Origin: an uncultured Alsobacter sp.
Lineage (GTDB): Bacteria; Pseudomonadota; Alphaproteobacteria; Rhizobiales; Beijerinckiaceae
Assembly (NCBI RefSeq): GCF_945952055.1
Contig: NZ_CAMFHB010000003.1
Coordinates: 164,323-228,322, forward strand
Direction: 5' to 3'
Length of the DNA stretch: 64,000 nt
Part shown: positions 21,380 to 30,459 of the stretch, piece after piece
How positions within the stretch are numbered: position 1 is the stretch's first letter
Layout: each line of letters begins with the position of its first letter
Program-made: the position numbers and the translations under genes
Notes under the pieces: generated by a model
Seen by the model: the letters and a program-made list of their open reading frames with translations, nothing else
Databases searched by the model: none
What the model was told of the DNA's origin: nothing

Positions 21380-21517
21380 GACGCCTGTCCAAGCCGTTCA
21401 GGTTGCGGGTGCACCATCCGGAATACAGGCGGGAGGATCGTGGAGTTATGGTTAAATTTCCGTTGTCAATTCGCGCAACGAGAGAAACCAATCGGTAGGT
21501 ACTCGCAATAAGTGTCG

Positions 21518-22024
21518 TCACCCGCCCGTCGCGAGCCGCCACAGGGGGCTGCTGGGGTAGATGGCGAGGCCCGCCGCCGCGAGCGCAATTCCATAGGGGA
21601 TCCCGGTCTTGGGATGGTGCAGGTGCTCGAGCCAGCCCACGCCTGCGGCAAAGCGCGGCAGGGGCATGGCGCGGAACTGCAGGAGGCCGAGCGTCAGGAC
21701 GCCACCGAAGATGGAGGCGGCGATTCCGTACTCCATCAGCGAATCCCACCCGAGCCACAGGGCGGTCGCGGCCGCCAGCTTGGCATCGCCGCCGCCGATC
21801 CACCCGGCCGCGAACATGCCGAAGGTGATGACGAGCACGAGCGCGCCCGAGCCCAGGTGCACGGCCATGGCGGTGAACGGCATCGCCAGGGCGAGCGCCA
21901 CGGCGAAGAAGCCCGCCACGAGAATCAGCGAGACCTTGTTCGATATCGTCATGGAGACGAGGTCGCTGGAGGCCGCGTAGGCCATCAGCGCGGGGAACAG
22001 CAGCAGGATCAGGACTTCCGTCAC
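21518..22024 (-). CDS. cpaA: Prepilin peptidase CpaA/TadV (A24 aspartic peptidase)
   Basis: 168 aa from the GTG at 22024. Multi-TM, with catalytic Asp contexts (SSDLVSMTISN and WIGGGDAKL). Confidence 0.8.
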   Translation of the reverse strand: MTEVLILLLFPALMAYAASSDLVSMTISNKVSLILVAGFFAVALALAMPFTAMAVHLGSGALVLVITFGMFAAGWIGGGDAKLAAATALWLGWDSLMEYGIAASIFGGVLTLGLLQFRAMPLPRFAAGVGWLEHLHHPKTGIPYGIALAAAGLAIYPSSPLWRLATGG

Positions 22025-22044
22025 GGTCGGCTCCGGCGCGCGGC

Positions 22045-22218
22045 TCAGTGGGCCGGGCGGGCCGTCACCGGCACGCTGGTGGTGGAGGCGGGCAGGGTGG
22101 TCTTCAGCGTGGCCAGGGCGCCGATCAGGCCCAGCGCGATCGTCGCGGCCACGAAGCCGTATTCGACCTTGCTGATCGCCGTCTTGTCCGTTGCGAAGCG
22201 GAAGAGAAGTGTCGCCAT
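22045..22218 (-). CDS. flp: Flp-family type IVc prepilin
   Basis: 57 aa from the Met at 22218, with GGAG 8 nt upstream. It aligns position for position with the Caulobacter PilA leader and Flp motif (..RF..D...|...EYG + hydrophobic helix), here MATLLFRFATDKTA|ISKVEYGFVAATIALGLIG. Confidence 0.8.
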   Translation of the reverse strand: MATLLFRFATDKTAISKVEYGFVAATIALGLIGALATLKTTLPASTTSVPVTARPAH

Positions 22219-22492
22219 CGCCATGCTCCGGCCGGTGCTCCGGTGATCGACGTTCAACTGCGGCGATGCCGCCGTCCGAACCGTCGAGCGTGAAACTACG
22301 GAGCACCCGTTGCGGGGCCGTTAACCCGCAAATTGAGTCAAAAGCAAAAATGCAACCTCGAGGCATTGTATGAACAGCAACACCCGAGCTGTTGCCGGGT
22401 GGAGACCAAAGGGCTCGGAATCTTCAACTTAAGCGATTGTTCACCATTCCGCTTCAGCATGCCGGGAGATGTAATCGGGCAGGGTTCAACCG

Positions 22493-22960
22493 ATGTTAGA
22501 TTCGTGCGCCAAGCGGACGGGGTGGATCGCGGTGTGCGTCGCCGTGCTCGTCATGGCGGCAGCAGCCGAACCTGCATCCGCGCAGACGCCCGCCACCATC
22601 ACGGTGCGGACCGATCACGCCCAGATCCTGAAGATGCCGCCGAAGACGACCACGATCGTGATCGGCAACCCGATGATCGCCGACGTCGCCGTGCAGAAGA
22701 ACGGCTCGATGGTCGTGACCGGGAAAGCCTACGGCACGACCAACCTGATCGCCCAGGATTCCTCCGGCGCGGTGCTCGGCGAGTCGATCATCCAGGTCGA
22801 GGCGGCCACCGACGGCATCATCCTCGTGCAGCGGGGCCTGGAGCGGGAATCCTACTCCTGCACGCCGCGCTGCCAGCCGACCCTGAGCCTCGGCGACGTC
22901 CAGCGGCACTTCGAGAGCGTCTCCGGCCAGACGACCAGCCGCAACGGCCTGGCGAAGTAA
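22493..22960 (+). CDS. Secreted protein with pilus-formation N-terminal domain (T2SS/T3SS pil_N-like)
   Basis: Signal peptide ending in ASAQ. The pattern ITV..DHAQILKMP...IVIGNPMIADV...VVTGKAYGTTNLI resembles the N-domain of CpaC-type secretins. Divergent from flp. Confidence 0.7.
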   Translation: MLDSCAKRTGWIAVCVAVLVMAAAAEPASAQTPATITVRTDHAQILKMPPKTTTIVIGNPMIADVAVQKNGSMVVTGKAYGTTNLIAQDSSGAVLGESIIQVEAATDGIILVQRGLERESYSCTPRCQPTLSLGDVQRHFESVSGQTTSRNGLAK

Positions 22961-23214
22961 CGCTCCATCGGCCAGCCTCGACGCCGCAAGGCCTCGGGGA
23001 GGGGCCTCGCACGGCCGCGCGTTTTCAGTTAACGAAGTCCAAATCAGACGCCCGTTTATCCGTTTCGATTGCTCAGGTTGCATTAAGCCTGACAAGAGGT
23101 CCCTTCGACCGTTACTTGTCGAAAGAGGAAAACGAAAGATCTCCTGCCTCAGTGTGTGGCTTGATCAAGGGCGGCCTCGTGCCGTTCACGACCGCATGCT
23201 GCAGGAGAGATTGA

Positions 23215-23787
23215 ATGACCTCCGACCGCAAGACGCATCCGGCGGGAGCGCGTCGAAACGGGTGGCGGCGCTGCCTGGGCGCCTTCAGGCGGGACGGCCG
23301 TGGCTCGACGGCCGTCGAATTCGCGATGCTCGCCTTGCCGTTCCTGAGCCTCGTCTTCGCGATCTTCGAGACCTCGATGGTCCACATGACCAGCCAGGTG
23401 CTCCAGACCGCGGTGACCGAAGCCAGCCGCAAGATCATGACGGGGCAGGCCCAGAAGGGCTCGTTCACGGCGCAGGACTTCAAGAACGAGGTCTGCAAGA
23501 ACGTGAAGGCCTTTTTCAATTGCCCCAACGACCTCAAGGTCGACGTCCAGTCCTTCGCCAGCTTCGCGGCGGCCAGCGTTCCGCCGGCGCCGATCAAGAA
23601 CGGCGGATTGGATTCCAGCGGCTTCGGCTACTCGCCCGGCGGTCCCAACCAGATCGTCGTCGTCCGTGCGGCGCTCGAATACAAGCTCGTCGTGCCCTCG
23701 ATGATCAGCAACACGATGGCGAACCTCTCCGGGTCCAAGCTGCTCATCATGGCTTCGGCCGCCTTCAAGAACGAGCCCTACAACTGA
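23215..23787 (+). CDS. TadE-like pseudopilin/pilus assembly protein
   Basis: N-terminal TadE motif GSTAVEFAMLALPFLSLVFAIFE. GGAGAG lies upstream of the ATG. Confidence 0.8.
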   Translation: MTSDRKTHPAGARRNGWRRCLGAFRRDGRGSTAVEFAMLALPFLSLVFAIFETSMVHMTSQVLQTAVTEASRKIMTGQAQKGSFTAQDFKNEVCKNVKAFFNCPNDLKVDVQSFASFAAASVPPAPIKNGGLDSSGFGYSPGGPNQIVVVRAALEYKLVVPSMISNTMANLSGSKLLIMASAAFKNEPYN

Positions 23788-23797
23788 CGGTCCGCGT

Positions 23798-24433
23798 ATG
23801 ACACACCAGCCGAACACGCCGTCCCGTTTCAGCCTGCGCCGCTTCCGGCGCGGGGAGGAAGGCGTCGCCGCAGTCGAGTTCGCACTTCTGCTGCCCGTGA
23901 TGCTGACGCTTTACATGGGCTCCATCGAGCTGACGCAGGCGCTGACGGCCGACCGCCGCATCGTGCTCCTCGCGCGCACCCTGGGCGACCTGACGACGCA
24001 GTCCTCGACGCTGACCGCCGCCGACATGACCGGCATCGTGGCGGCCGCGAGCTCGGTGATGGCGCCGATGTCGACGAGCCCGGCCAAGATCCGCATCACC
24101 AGCGTGGCGATCTCGTCGTCCGGCTCGGCCGATCCCAAGGTTCCGAACAAGGCCTCGGTGTGCTGGAGCTACCAGAACAACTGGACGGCCTACACGCGCG
24201 GGACGGTGCTCGACACCAGCCAGCTTCCCGAGGGACTTCGGACCGACACCGGCACGTCCGTGGTGATCGCCGAGGTGCAGTACCCCTACAAGCCCGTCAT
24301 CGGCTACGTCTTCACCGGCTCGTTCAATCTGAGCGAGCGGCTCTACATGCGCCCGCGCCTGTCCACCTACGTCGCGCGCTCCGACCTCGCCAACAGCGGC
24401 ATTCCCAACCCGACGACGGGTCCCTGCACCTGA
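23798..24433 (+). CDS. TadE/TadF-like pseudopilin/pilus assembly protein
   Basis: N-terminal TadE motif EEGVAAVEFALLLPVMLTLYMGSIE. Confidence 0.8.
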   Translation: MTHQPNTPSRFSLRRFRRGEEGVAAVEFALLLPVMLTLYMGSIELTQALTADRRIVLLARTLGDLTTQSSTLTAADMTGIVAAASSVMAPMSTSPAKIRITSVAISSSGSADPKVPNKASVCWSYQNNWTAYTRGTVLDTSQLPEGLRTDTGTSVVIAEVQYPYKPVIGYVFTGSFNLSERLYMRPRLSTYVARSDLANSGIPNPTTGPCT

Positions 24434-24686
24434 AGGCGCGCTCGTTCGAGAGCAAACGGCCGTCCAGCCCGCATCAGCCGTTCAACCGTGGGGGCCGGGC
24501 GTAGCCCTCCCGCGCACGACTTCAGGTCGGCACCAGCAAACGCAGTGGCGCCGCGGGCCAGCCCGGGGAGGCGTGCCGGCGCGGGGCTCAAGGGAACCCT
24601 CTCGTCCCGGCCACCGCCCGGTCGCCCGAGGCCAGACGCCCCGGGGCGAGACCGGCGCATGACCGCGCCGGCCCCTCTCGGGTTGA

Positions 24687-26186
24687 TCAGATCGACTGGT
24701 TGTAGGCGCCGACCTCGGTGTTCTCGCGCAGTACGCCGTCGACCGCCTTGAACATTTCGCGCATGCGGCCTTCCGAGACGGGGCTCTCGACGACGACGAC
24801 GAGCTCGGGCTTGTTCGACGAGGCGCGAACGAGGCCCCAGGTCCCGTCGTCGGTCGTCACGCGGACGCCGTTCACGGTGACGATGTCGGTGATGGGCCGT
24901 CCGGCCACGTCCTGCCCGGCCGAGCGCATCTCGTTGAAGCGGCGCGTCACCCGTTCGATCACGTCGTACTTCACCTCGTCGGCGCAGTGCGGCGACATGG
25001 TCGGCGTGCCGAACGTGGTCGGCAGATCGCGGTAGAGATCGGCCATCGACTTGTCGGGGTTGCGGTCCAGCATGTCGAGGACCGCGATGGCGGTGACGAG
25101 GCCGTCGTCGTAGCCGCGTCCCACCGGGGTGTTGAAGAAGAAGTGGCCGGACTTCTCGAAGCCCGCCAGCGCCTTCAGGTCCTGAACCCGGCGCTTGATG
25201 TAGGAGTGGCCGGTCTTCCAGTAGTCCGTCTTGGCCCCGTTCTTCATGAGCACGGGATCGGCCGCGAAGAGGCCGGTCGACTTCACGTCGACGACGAACT
25301 GGGCGCCTGGATGGAGGGCGGACAGGTCGCGGGCCAGCATGACGCCGATCTTGTCGGCGAAGATCTCGTGCCCCTCCTCGTCCACCACGCCGCAGCGGTC
25401 CCCGTCGCCGTCGAAGCCGAGCGCCAGATCCGCCCCGTGCTCCTTCACGGCATGGGCCATGGCGTGGAGCATCTCCATGTCTTCCGGGTTCGGGTTGTAG
25501 CGGGGGAAGGTGTGGTCCAGCTCGCAGTCCATGGGGATGACGTCCACGCCGAGCCGACGCAGGATGTCCGGAGCGAAGGCTCCGGCGGTGCCGTTGCCGC
25601 ACGCCGCGATGACCTTGAGCTTGCGCTTGATCGGCGCGCGCGTGGTCAGGTCGGCGATGTAGCGATCGGCGAAGTTCTCGACGAACCGATAGGCGCCGCC
25701 GTCCACCTGCTTGAAGGCGCCCGACAGCACGATCTCCTTCAGCCGGCCCATCTCCTGCGGTCCGAAGGTCACCGGGCGCTGCGCGCCCATCTTCACACCG
25801 GTCCAGCCGTTGTCGTTATGGGAGGCGGTCACCATCGCCACACAGGGCACGTCGAGCGCGAACTGGGCGAAGTAGGCCATGGGCGACAGGGCGAGCCCGA
25901 TGTCGTGCACCGTGCAGCCGGCGGCCATCAGGCCGCTCGTGAGGGCGATCTTGATGGAGGCGGAATAGCCGCGGAAGTCGTGTCCGGTGACGACCTCCGG
26001 CTTGATGCCCATTTCGCGGATGAGCGTGCCGAGCCCCAGGCCGAGCGCCTGCACGCCCATCAGGTTCAGCTCCTTCTCGAAGAGCCAGCGTGCGTCGTAT
26101 TCGCGGAAGCCCGTGGGCTTCACGAGCGGCTGGGTCTCGTAGGCGAAGGTGTTGGGAACGAGATTGGCAACAGGCTTTGGGAACAT
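24687..26186 (-). CDS. Phosphomannomutase/phosphoglucomutase
   Basis: Alpha-D-phosphohexomutase motifs: phosphoserine loop TASHNDNGWTG, metal loop GFDGDGDR, sugar loop GHSY/GEKSGH. Start at the Met at 26186. Confidence 0.9.
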   Translation of the reverse strand: MFPKPVANLVPNTFAYETQPLVKPTGFREYDARWLFEKELNLMGVQALGLGLGTLIREMGIKPEVVTGHDFRGYSASIKIALTSGLMAAGCTVHDIGLALSPMAYFAQFALDVPCVAMVTASHNDNGWTGVKMGAQRPVTFGPQEMGRLKEIVLSGAFKQVDGGAYRFVENFADRYIADLTTRAPIKRKLKVIAACGNGTAGAFAPDILRRLGVDVIPMDCELDHTFPRYNPNPEDMEMLHAMAHAVKEHGADLALGFDGDGDRCGVVDEEGHEIFADKIGVMLARDLSALHPGAQFVVDVKSTGLFAADPVLMKNGAKTDYWKTGHSYIKRRVQDLKALAGFEKSGHFFFNTPVGRGYDDGLVTAIAVLDMLDRNPDKSMADLYRDLPTTFGTPTMSPHCADEVKYDVIERVTRRFNEMRSAGQDVAGRPITDIVTVNGVRVTTDDGTWGLVRASSNKPELVVVVESPVSEGRMREMFKAVDGVLRENTEVGAYNQSI

Positions 26187-26318
26187 GGCTCGCCGTGTCT
26201 TGGAGTTGGATGGGTGAACCCTGCCAGCCTGGCAGGAGAGGTGCAACCGTGTAGCAGGCGGAAGTGAATCGCGTCGAAAGAAGTCTGCCCAATTGATTTG
26301 GGCGGGTTGCGCTAAATT

Positions 26319-26840
26319 CTACTGACGCATGACCAGCGTGTTGCTGGCGACATTGAACCCCGAAAGCCGCTGGAGGAAGGACATTCCCAGGAGACTGGTG
26401 CGGAGCTTTCCGGCGGGCAGGACGACGGCATCCACGTCCCTGACGACGATGCGGTCCAGCCGGACCTCCCTCAGCTTCACCGGCGCCGCGCCGATGCTGC
26501 CATTGGCGGTACTGACCGGGATGCGGAAGTCGGCCGGGTTGGGGAAGACGCCGGCACGCTGGGCGTCCTCGTGGGTCAGCGCGATGATGGACGCGCCGGT
26601 GTCGACCATCATGGGCACGCGCCCGCCGTTGATCTGCAGGTCAGCGCTGAAATGGCCGCGGGCGTCGGCCTTCAGCACGACCGTGCCGCTGGCGTTGGCG
26701 GAGACGGGGGCGGGCAGCGCGTTCGAGGTCGTCTCGGCCGCCGGCCTGGCCTGCGAGGGTGGCAACTGGCTCTTGGCCACGGAGATGGCGACGTAGCTGG
26801 CGCCGACCAGCAGTCCGGCCGCCGCGAGGATCTTGATCAT
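26319..26840 (-). CDS. Membrane-anchored retropepsin-like (clan AA) aspartic protease
   Basis: N-terminal TM segment (MIKILAAAGLLVGASYVAI) and an aspartic-protease triad context MVDTGAS. Confidence 0.7.
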   Translation of the reverse strand: MIKILAAAGLLVGASYVAISVAKSQLPPSQARPAAETTSNALPAPVSANASGTVVLKADARGHFSADLQINGGRVPMMVDTGASIIALTHEDAQRAGVFPNPADFRIPVSTANGSIGAAPVKLREVRLDRIVVRDVDAVVLPAGKLRTSLLGMSFLQRLSGFNVASNTLVMRQ

Positions 26841-26946
26841 GTGCGGACCCCCATCGGAGTGACGCGCCATGATAGCGCGCGCCGATTGCTTGCCCGTGCC
26901 GCCGATACGCCGCCTCCGAGCGATCCTGTCAGCGCTTCGGTAAGGA

Positions 26947-27858
26947 TCAGGCGACGAAGTCGGCCATGGCGGCGTCGATGGCGGCCTTGCGGGGAATGCT
27001 GGGCTGGGCGCCGGCCACCGTGCACGCCAGGCTCCCGGCGGCCGCGCCGCGCGCCAGGGCCGTGGTGAAGCCGAGGCCCTGGTCGAGAGCGGCGGCGAAG
27101 GCTCCGCAGAAGCTGTCGCCGGCGGCGGTCGTGTCCACGGGCTCGACCTTCAGCGCCGGCGCGCGGCGCCTGATCCCGCCGGTCCAGCCGACCGCGCCGT
27201 GGCCGCCGAGCGTGACGATGGTGGCGACCCCATGCTCGGCATCGATGATCCGTGCGAGGTCATCGGGCTCGCCGGAATGCCCGAGTGCGCCTGCGACGAT
27301 CGTCGCCTCATGCTCGTTGACGATGAGGATGTCGAGGAGCGGCAGGAATTCGGCCGGCAGGGCGCCCGCCGGAGCCGCGTTGAGGATCACCCGTGCGCCG
27401 GCCGCCTTGGCGCGGCGGGCCGCCTCGATCGCTTCGGCCTCGGGGACCTCGCGCTGGAGCAGAAGCGTGTCCGCTGCCGACAGGGCCACGCCGTCGAGCT
27501 GCGACGCCACGACCGCGGCATTGGCGCCGGCCGCGACCACGATCGCGTTCTCGGCATCGTCGCTGACGCTGATGAAGGCTGCGCCGGTCGGGGCCGCCAC
27601 GCGCGCGACCGCGCCGCAGTCGACGCCGTCGGACAGGAGCAGCGAGAGGCCGATGTCGGCGAAGGGATCGCGCCCGACCGCGCCGACCAGGCGGACGTCC
27701 GCGCCCGCCCGGCGCGCGGCGAGCGCCTGGTTGGCTCCCTTGCCGCCGGGGATCACGGCGTAGCCGGGGCCGAGCACGGTCTCCCCCGGCCGTGGAATCC
27801 GCGCCACGCGGGTCACGAAATCGACGTTCACCGAGCCGAAGACGACGATCATGCTCAC
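26947..27858 (-). CDS. rbsK: Ribokinase (PfkB family)
   Basis: GSVNVDF, GGKGANQA and DTTAAGDSF motifs. ATGA overlap with dgoA. Confidence 0.85.
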   Translation of the reverse strand: MSMIVVFGSVNVDFVTRVARIPRPGETVLGPGYAVIPGGKGANQALAARRAGADVRLVGAVGRDPFADIGLSLLLSDGVDCGAVARVAAPTGAAFISVSDDAENAIVVAAGANAAVVASQLDGVALSAADTLLLQREVPEAEAIEAARRAKAAGARVILNAAPAGALPAEFLPLLDILIVNEHEATIVAGALGHSGEPDDLARIIDAEHGVATIVTLGGHGAVGWTGGIRRRAPALKVEPVDTTAAGDSFCGAFAAALDQGLGFTTALARGAAAGSLACTVAGAQPSIPRKAAIDAAMADFVA

Positions 27859-28508
27859 CCCGCCTGGGCGGCTGCCCAGGCCGCGACGAACTTCCGGGCC
27901 CGCCGCTCGACCTCCTCGGCGGTGACGCCGGGGCTGAACAGGGCGGAGCCGATGCCGAACCCGGCCACCGGCCCTCCTTTATAGGCGCCGAGGCCATCCG
28001 CCGTCACGCCGCCCACCATCACGATCCGCACGCCCTTGGGGAGAACCGCGGCCATGGCCTTGGCGCCCGCGGGGCCGACCAACTCGCCCGGGAACAGCTT
28101 CAGCACGTCCGCGCCGGCATCGAGGGCGGTGAAGGCCTCGGTCGGCGTCATCACGCCGGGGGCCGAGACGAGCCCGAGGGCTTTCGTGCGCCGGATCACG
28201 TCGGGGCTGCAGTTCGGCGAGACCACGAGCGTGCCCCCGACCTCGGCCAGCCTGTCGACGTCGGCGGGCTTCAGCACGGTGCCGGCGCCGACGACGGCGC
28301 GCCCGGCCAGCGCCCGCGACAAATGGCCGATGCTGTCGAAGGGCTCGGGCGAATTGAGGGGGACCTCGAGAACGCCGATGCCCGCGCCCACGAGTGCCTC
28401 CCCGACCGCGAGCGCCTCGTCGGGCTTCAGGCCCCTGAGGATCGCGATCAGCGGGCAGCGGGCGAAGGCCGCTTCGAAGGCCCCCAGGGTGGCGGAACTG
28501 TCGGTCAT
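27855..28508 (-). CDS. dgoA: 2-dehydro-3-deoxy-6-phosphogalactonate aldolase
   Basis: KDPG/KDPGal aldolase family pattern (IAILRG..PDEAL...AGIGVLEVPLNSP...LKLFP). Adjacent to dgoK. Confidence 0.8.
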   Translation of the reverse strand: MTDSSATLGAFEAAFARCPLIAILRGLKPDEALAVGEALVGAGIGVLEVPLNSPEPFDSIGHLSRALAGRAVVGAGTVLKPADVDRLAEVGGTLVVSPNCSPDVIRRTKALGLVSAPGVMTPTEAFTALDAGADVLKLFPGELVGPAGAKAMAAVLPKGVRIVMVGGVTADGLGAYKGGPVAGFGIGSALFSPGVTAEEVERRARKFVAAWAAAQAG

Positions 28509-28569
28509 GGCGATCTCCCGGAGTGTGGACCGGATGGAGAACGGGCAAGGCTGCGGGACGTTCGCGCGG

Positions 28570-29463
28570 TCATGCCGCCGCGTGGACGATCGCGAGGAGG
28601 CCGCGGATGAAGACCTCGTCGGGCGCCAGCACCCTCACGGCGATCCCGTTGTCGGCGAAGGCCTGTCCGTAGGCCCGTTCGAACACGCCGTCGGCGACGA
28701 GGGCGACCTCGCTGGTCCCGGGATGGGCGGCAAGGCCCGCCGCCACCTCCTCGCCGATGAGAAGGCCCGAGAGATAGGGCTCGACCTGGCGCCCCGGCAG
28801 TTCGCCGGCGAGCACGAGGGTGCGCGCCGAGAAGAGCTTGTGCGTGAGCCCGCCCCCGGCACGGGCGGTGGCCAGCCCGCGCGCGAAGCCGGCCTCGTCG
28901 GCCGGGGCCTCGGCGAGCTTGCCGGCCATGGTGTGGTCCTTCACCGCGCCGAAGACGTCGCCGGTCATGTAGCTCGTGAAGCTCGCGATGCGGCCGCCGC
29001 TCATGCGGGCCCACTTGGAGTGCGTGCCCGGCATGACGACGGTGCCGTCCGTCACGCCGCAGCCCATGAGCTTGGTCTCTTCCCCGCGCATGACGTCGGG
29101 AAGCCCGGCAGCGTCGCGGCTCATCAGGCCGGGCACGATGGCGGCGCGCGATCCCTCGCCGAGGTCGAACCGGAGCATGCCTGCGGCGAGTTCCGCCGCA
29201 CCGGCCGGGCAACCGGCGTAGGGCACCTCGCTCCAGCCGTTCCTGCTGCCGACCATGCCGGCCATCATCACCGGGAGGCCCGGGTTCCTGGCGAGCCAGC
29301 CGCCCACGTGCCGGCGCAGGGTCGACGGGAAGTCGCCCGGCTTCACGGAGGCGATGCCGTCGTCCGCCGCCGTCTGGTCGAGGATCGCGCCGTCGGCGTC
29401 CACCAGCCAGGCACGCAGGCGCGTCGTGCCCCAGTCGACGGCGATCATCCGGGGGTCGGCCAT
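28570..29463 (-). CDS. dgoK: 2-dehydro-3-deoxygalactonokinase
   Basis: N-terminal IAVDWGTTRLRAWL and overall DgoK-like sequence. Confidence 0.8.
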   Translation of the reverse strand: MADPRMIAVDWGTTRLRAWLVDADGAILDQTAADDGIASVKPGDFPSTLRRHVGGWLARNPGLPVMMAGMVGSRNGWSEVPYAGCPAGAAELAAGMLRFDLGEGSRAAIVPGLMSRDAAGLPDVMRGEETKLMGCGVTDGTVVMPGTHSKWARMSGGRIASFTSYMTGDVFGAVKDHTMAGKLAEAPADEAGFARGLATARAGGGLTHKLFSARTLVLAGELPGRQVEPYLSGLLIGEEVAAGLAAHPGTSEVALVADGVFERAYGQAFADNGIAVRVLAPDEVFIRGLLAIVHAAA

Positions 29464-29499
29464 GTGTCTTCCTCTGCTGCCGTCTCGCGGGCGGGCAGC

Positions 29500-30264
29500 C
29501 TACACCCAGCCGCCGTCCACGACGTACTGCTGATTTGTGCAGGCCCCTGCTTCCTCGGACGCGAGGAAAACCGTGAACTTCGCGATGTCGGCCGGCACGA
29601 GCTTGCGCTTCAGGCACTGGCGCTGCATCAGCTCCTTCTCGCTGTCGGGGGTCAGCCAGAGGTCGATCTGCCGCTGCGTCATGATCCAGCCCGGCGCGAT
29701 GACGTTGCAGCGGATGTTGTAGGGGCCGAAGTCACGGGCGAGCGAGCGCGTCAGGCCGAGGACGGCGGACTTGGCGGCGGTGTAGGCGGCCATGCCGCCC
29801 TGGCCGATCATCCACGAGGTCGAGCCGAAGTTGATGATGACGCCGGATTTCTTCGCCTTCATGTCCTCGAGCACGGCCTGCGCGCAGAAGAACTGGTGCT
29901 TCAGGTTCACCGCGATGCGGCCGTCCCAGTAGGCTTCGGTGACGTCCTCAGCCTTGTGGCGCTCGTCGTGGGCGGCGTTGTTGATGAGGATGTCGACGGG
30001 GCCCACGGCGGCGCGGAGCCGGCCGATGGCTGCGCGCAGGTCATCGACCTTGGTCAGGTCGCACTGTTCGAAGGCGACCGGCGTGCCGGCCGCGGCGCAG
30101 TCGGCGACGACCTTTTTCGAGGCCTCAGCGTTGATGTCGAGGAACCCGACCTTGGCCTTCTGCCTGGCGAAGTGCTGGACGATGGACTCACCGATCCCGC
30201 TGCCGCCGCCGGTGATGATGACCACCTTGCCTTCGAGATCGGGGTAGATCGCGCCCTGCGCCAT
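29500..30264 (-). CDS. Short-chain dehydrogenase/reductase (probable sugar dehydrogenase of the cluster)
   Basis: TGGGSGIG cofactor motif, NNAA, and the catalytic YxxxK (YTAAK). Confidence 0.85.
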   Translation of the reverse strand: MAQGAIYPDLEGKVVIITGGGSGIGESIVQHFARQKAKVGFLDINAEASKKVVADCAAAGTPVAFEQCDLTKVDDLRAAIGRLRAAVGPVDILINNAAHDERHKAEDVTEAYWDGRIAVNLKHQFFCAQAVLEDMKAKKSGVIINFGSTSWMIGQGGMAAYTAAKSAVLGLTRSLARDFGPYNIRCNVIAPGWIMTQRQIDLWLTPDSEKELMQRQCLKRKLVPADIAKFTVFLASEEAGACTNQQYVVDGGWV

Positions 30265-30459
30265 GGTCGTCTCCTCGCGTGTCCGTCGCGGCCGCTTCGC
30301 GGGCCTCCCTGCTTCTTATAAGCCCGGTCCGCGAGGCCGCAAGCGGCAACCTCAGCCGTCGATGGGCGCACCTCAAACCGAATTGCGAGCAAACGGAGCA
30401 TGCCCGGGGCCTTGGTCGGCCCTGGGCGGAGTTGCGCACGTCAGCGTCCGGTCGAGGCG

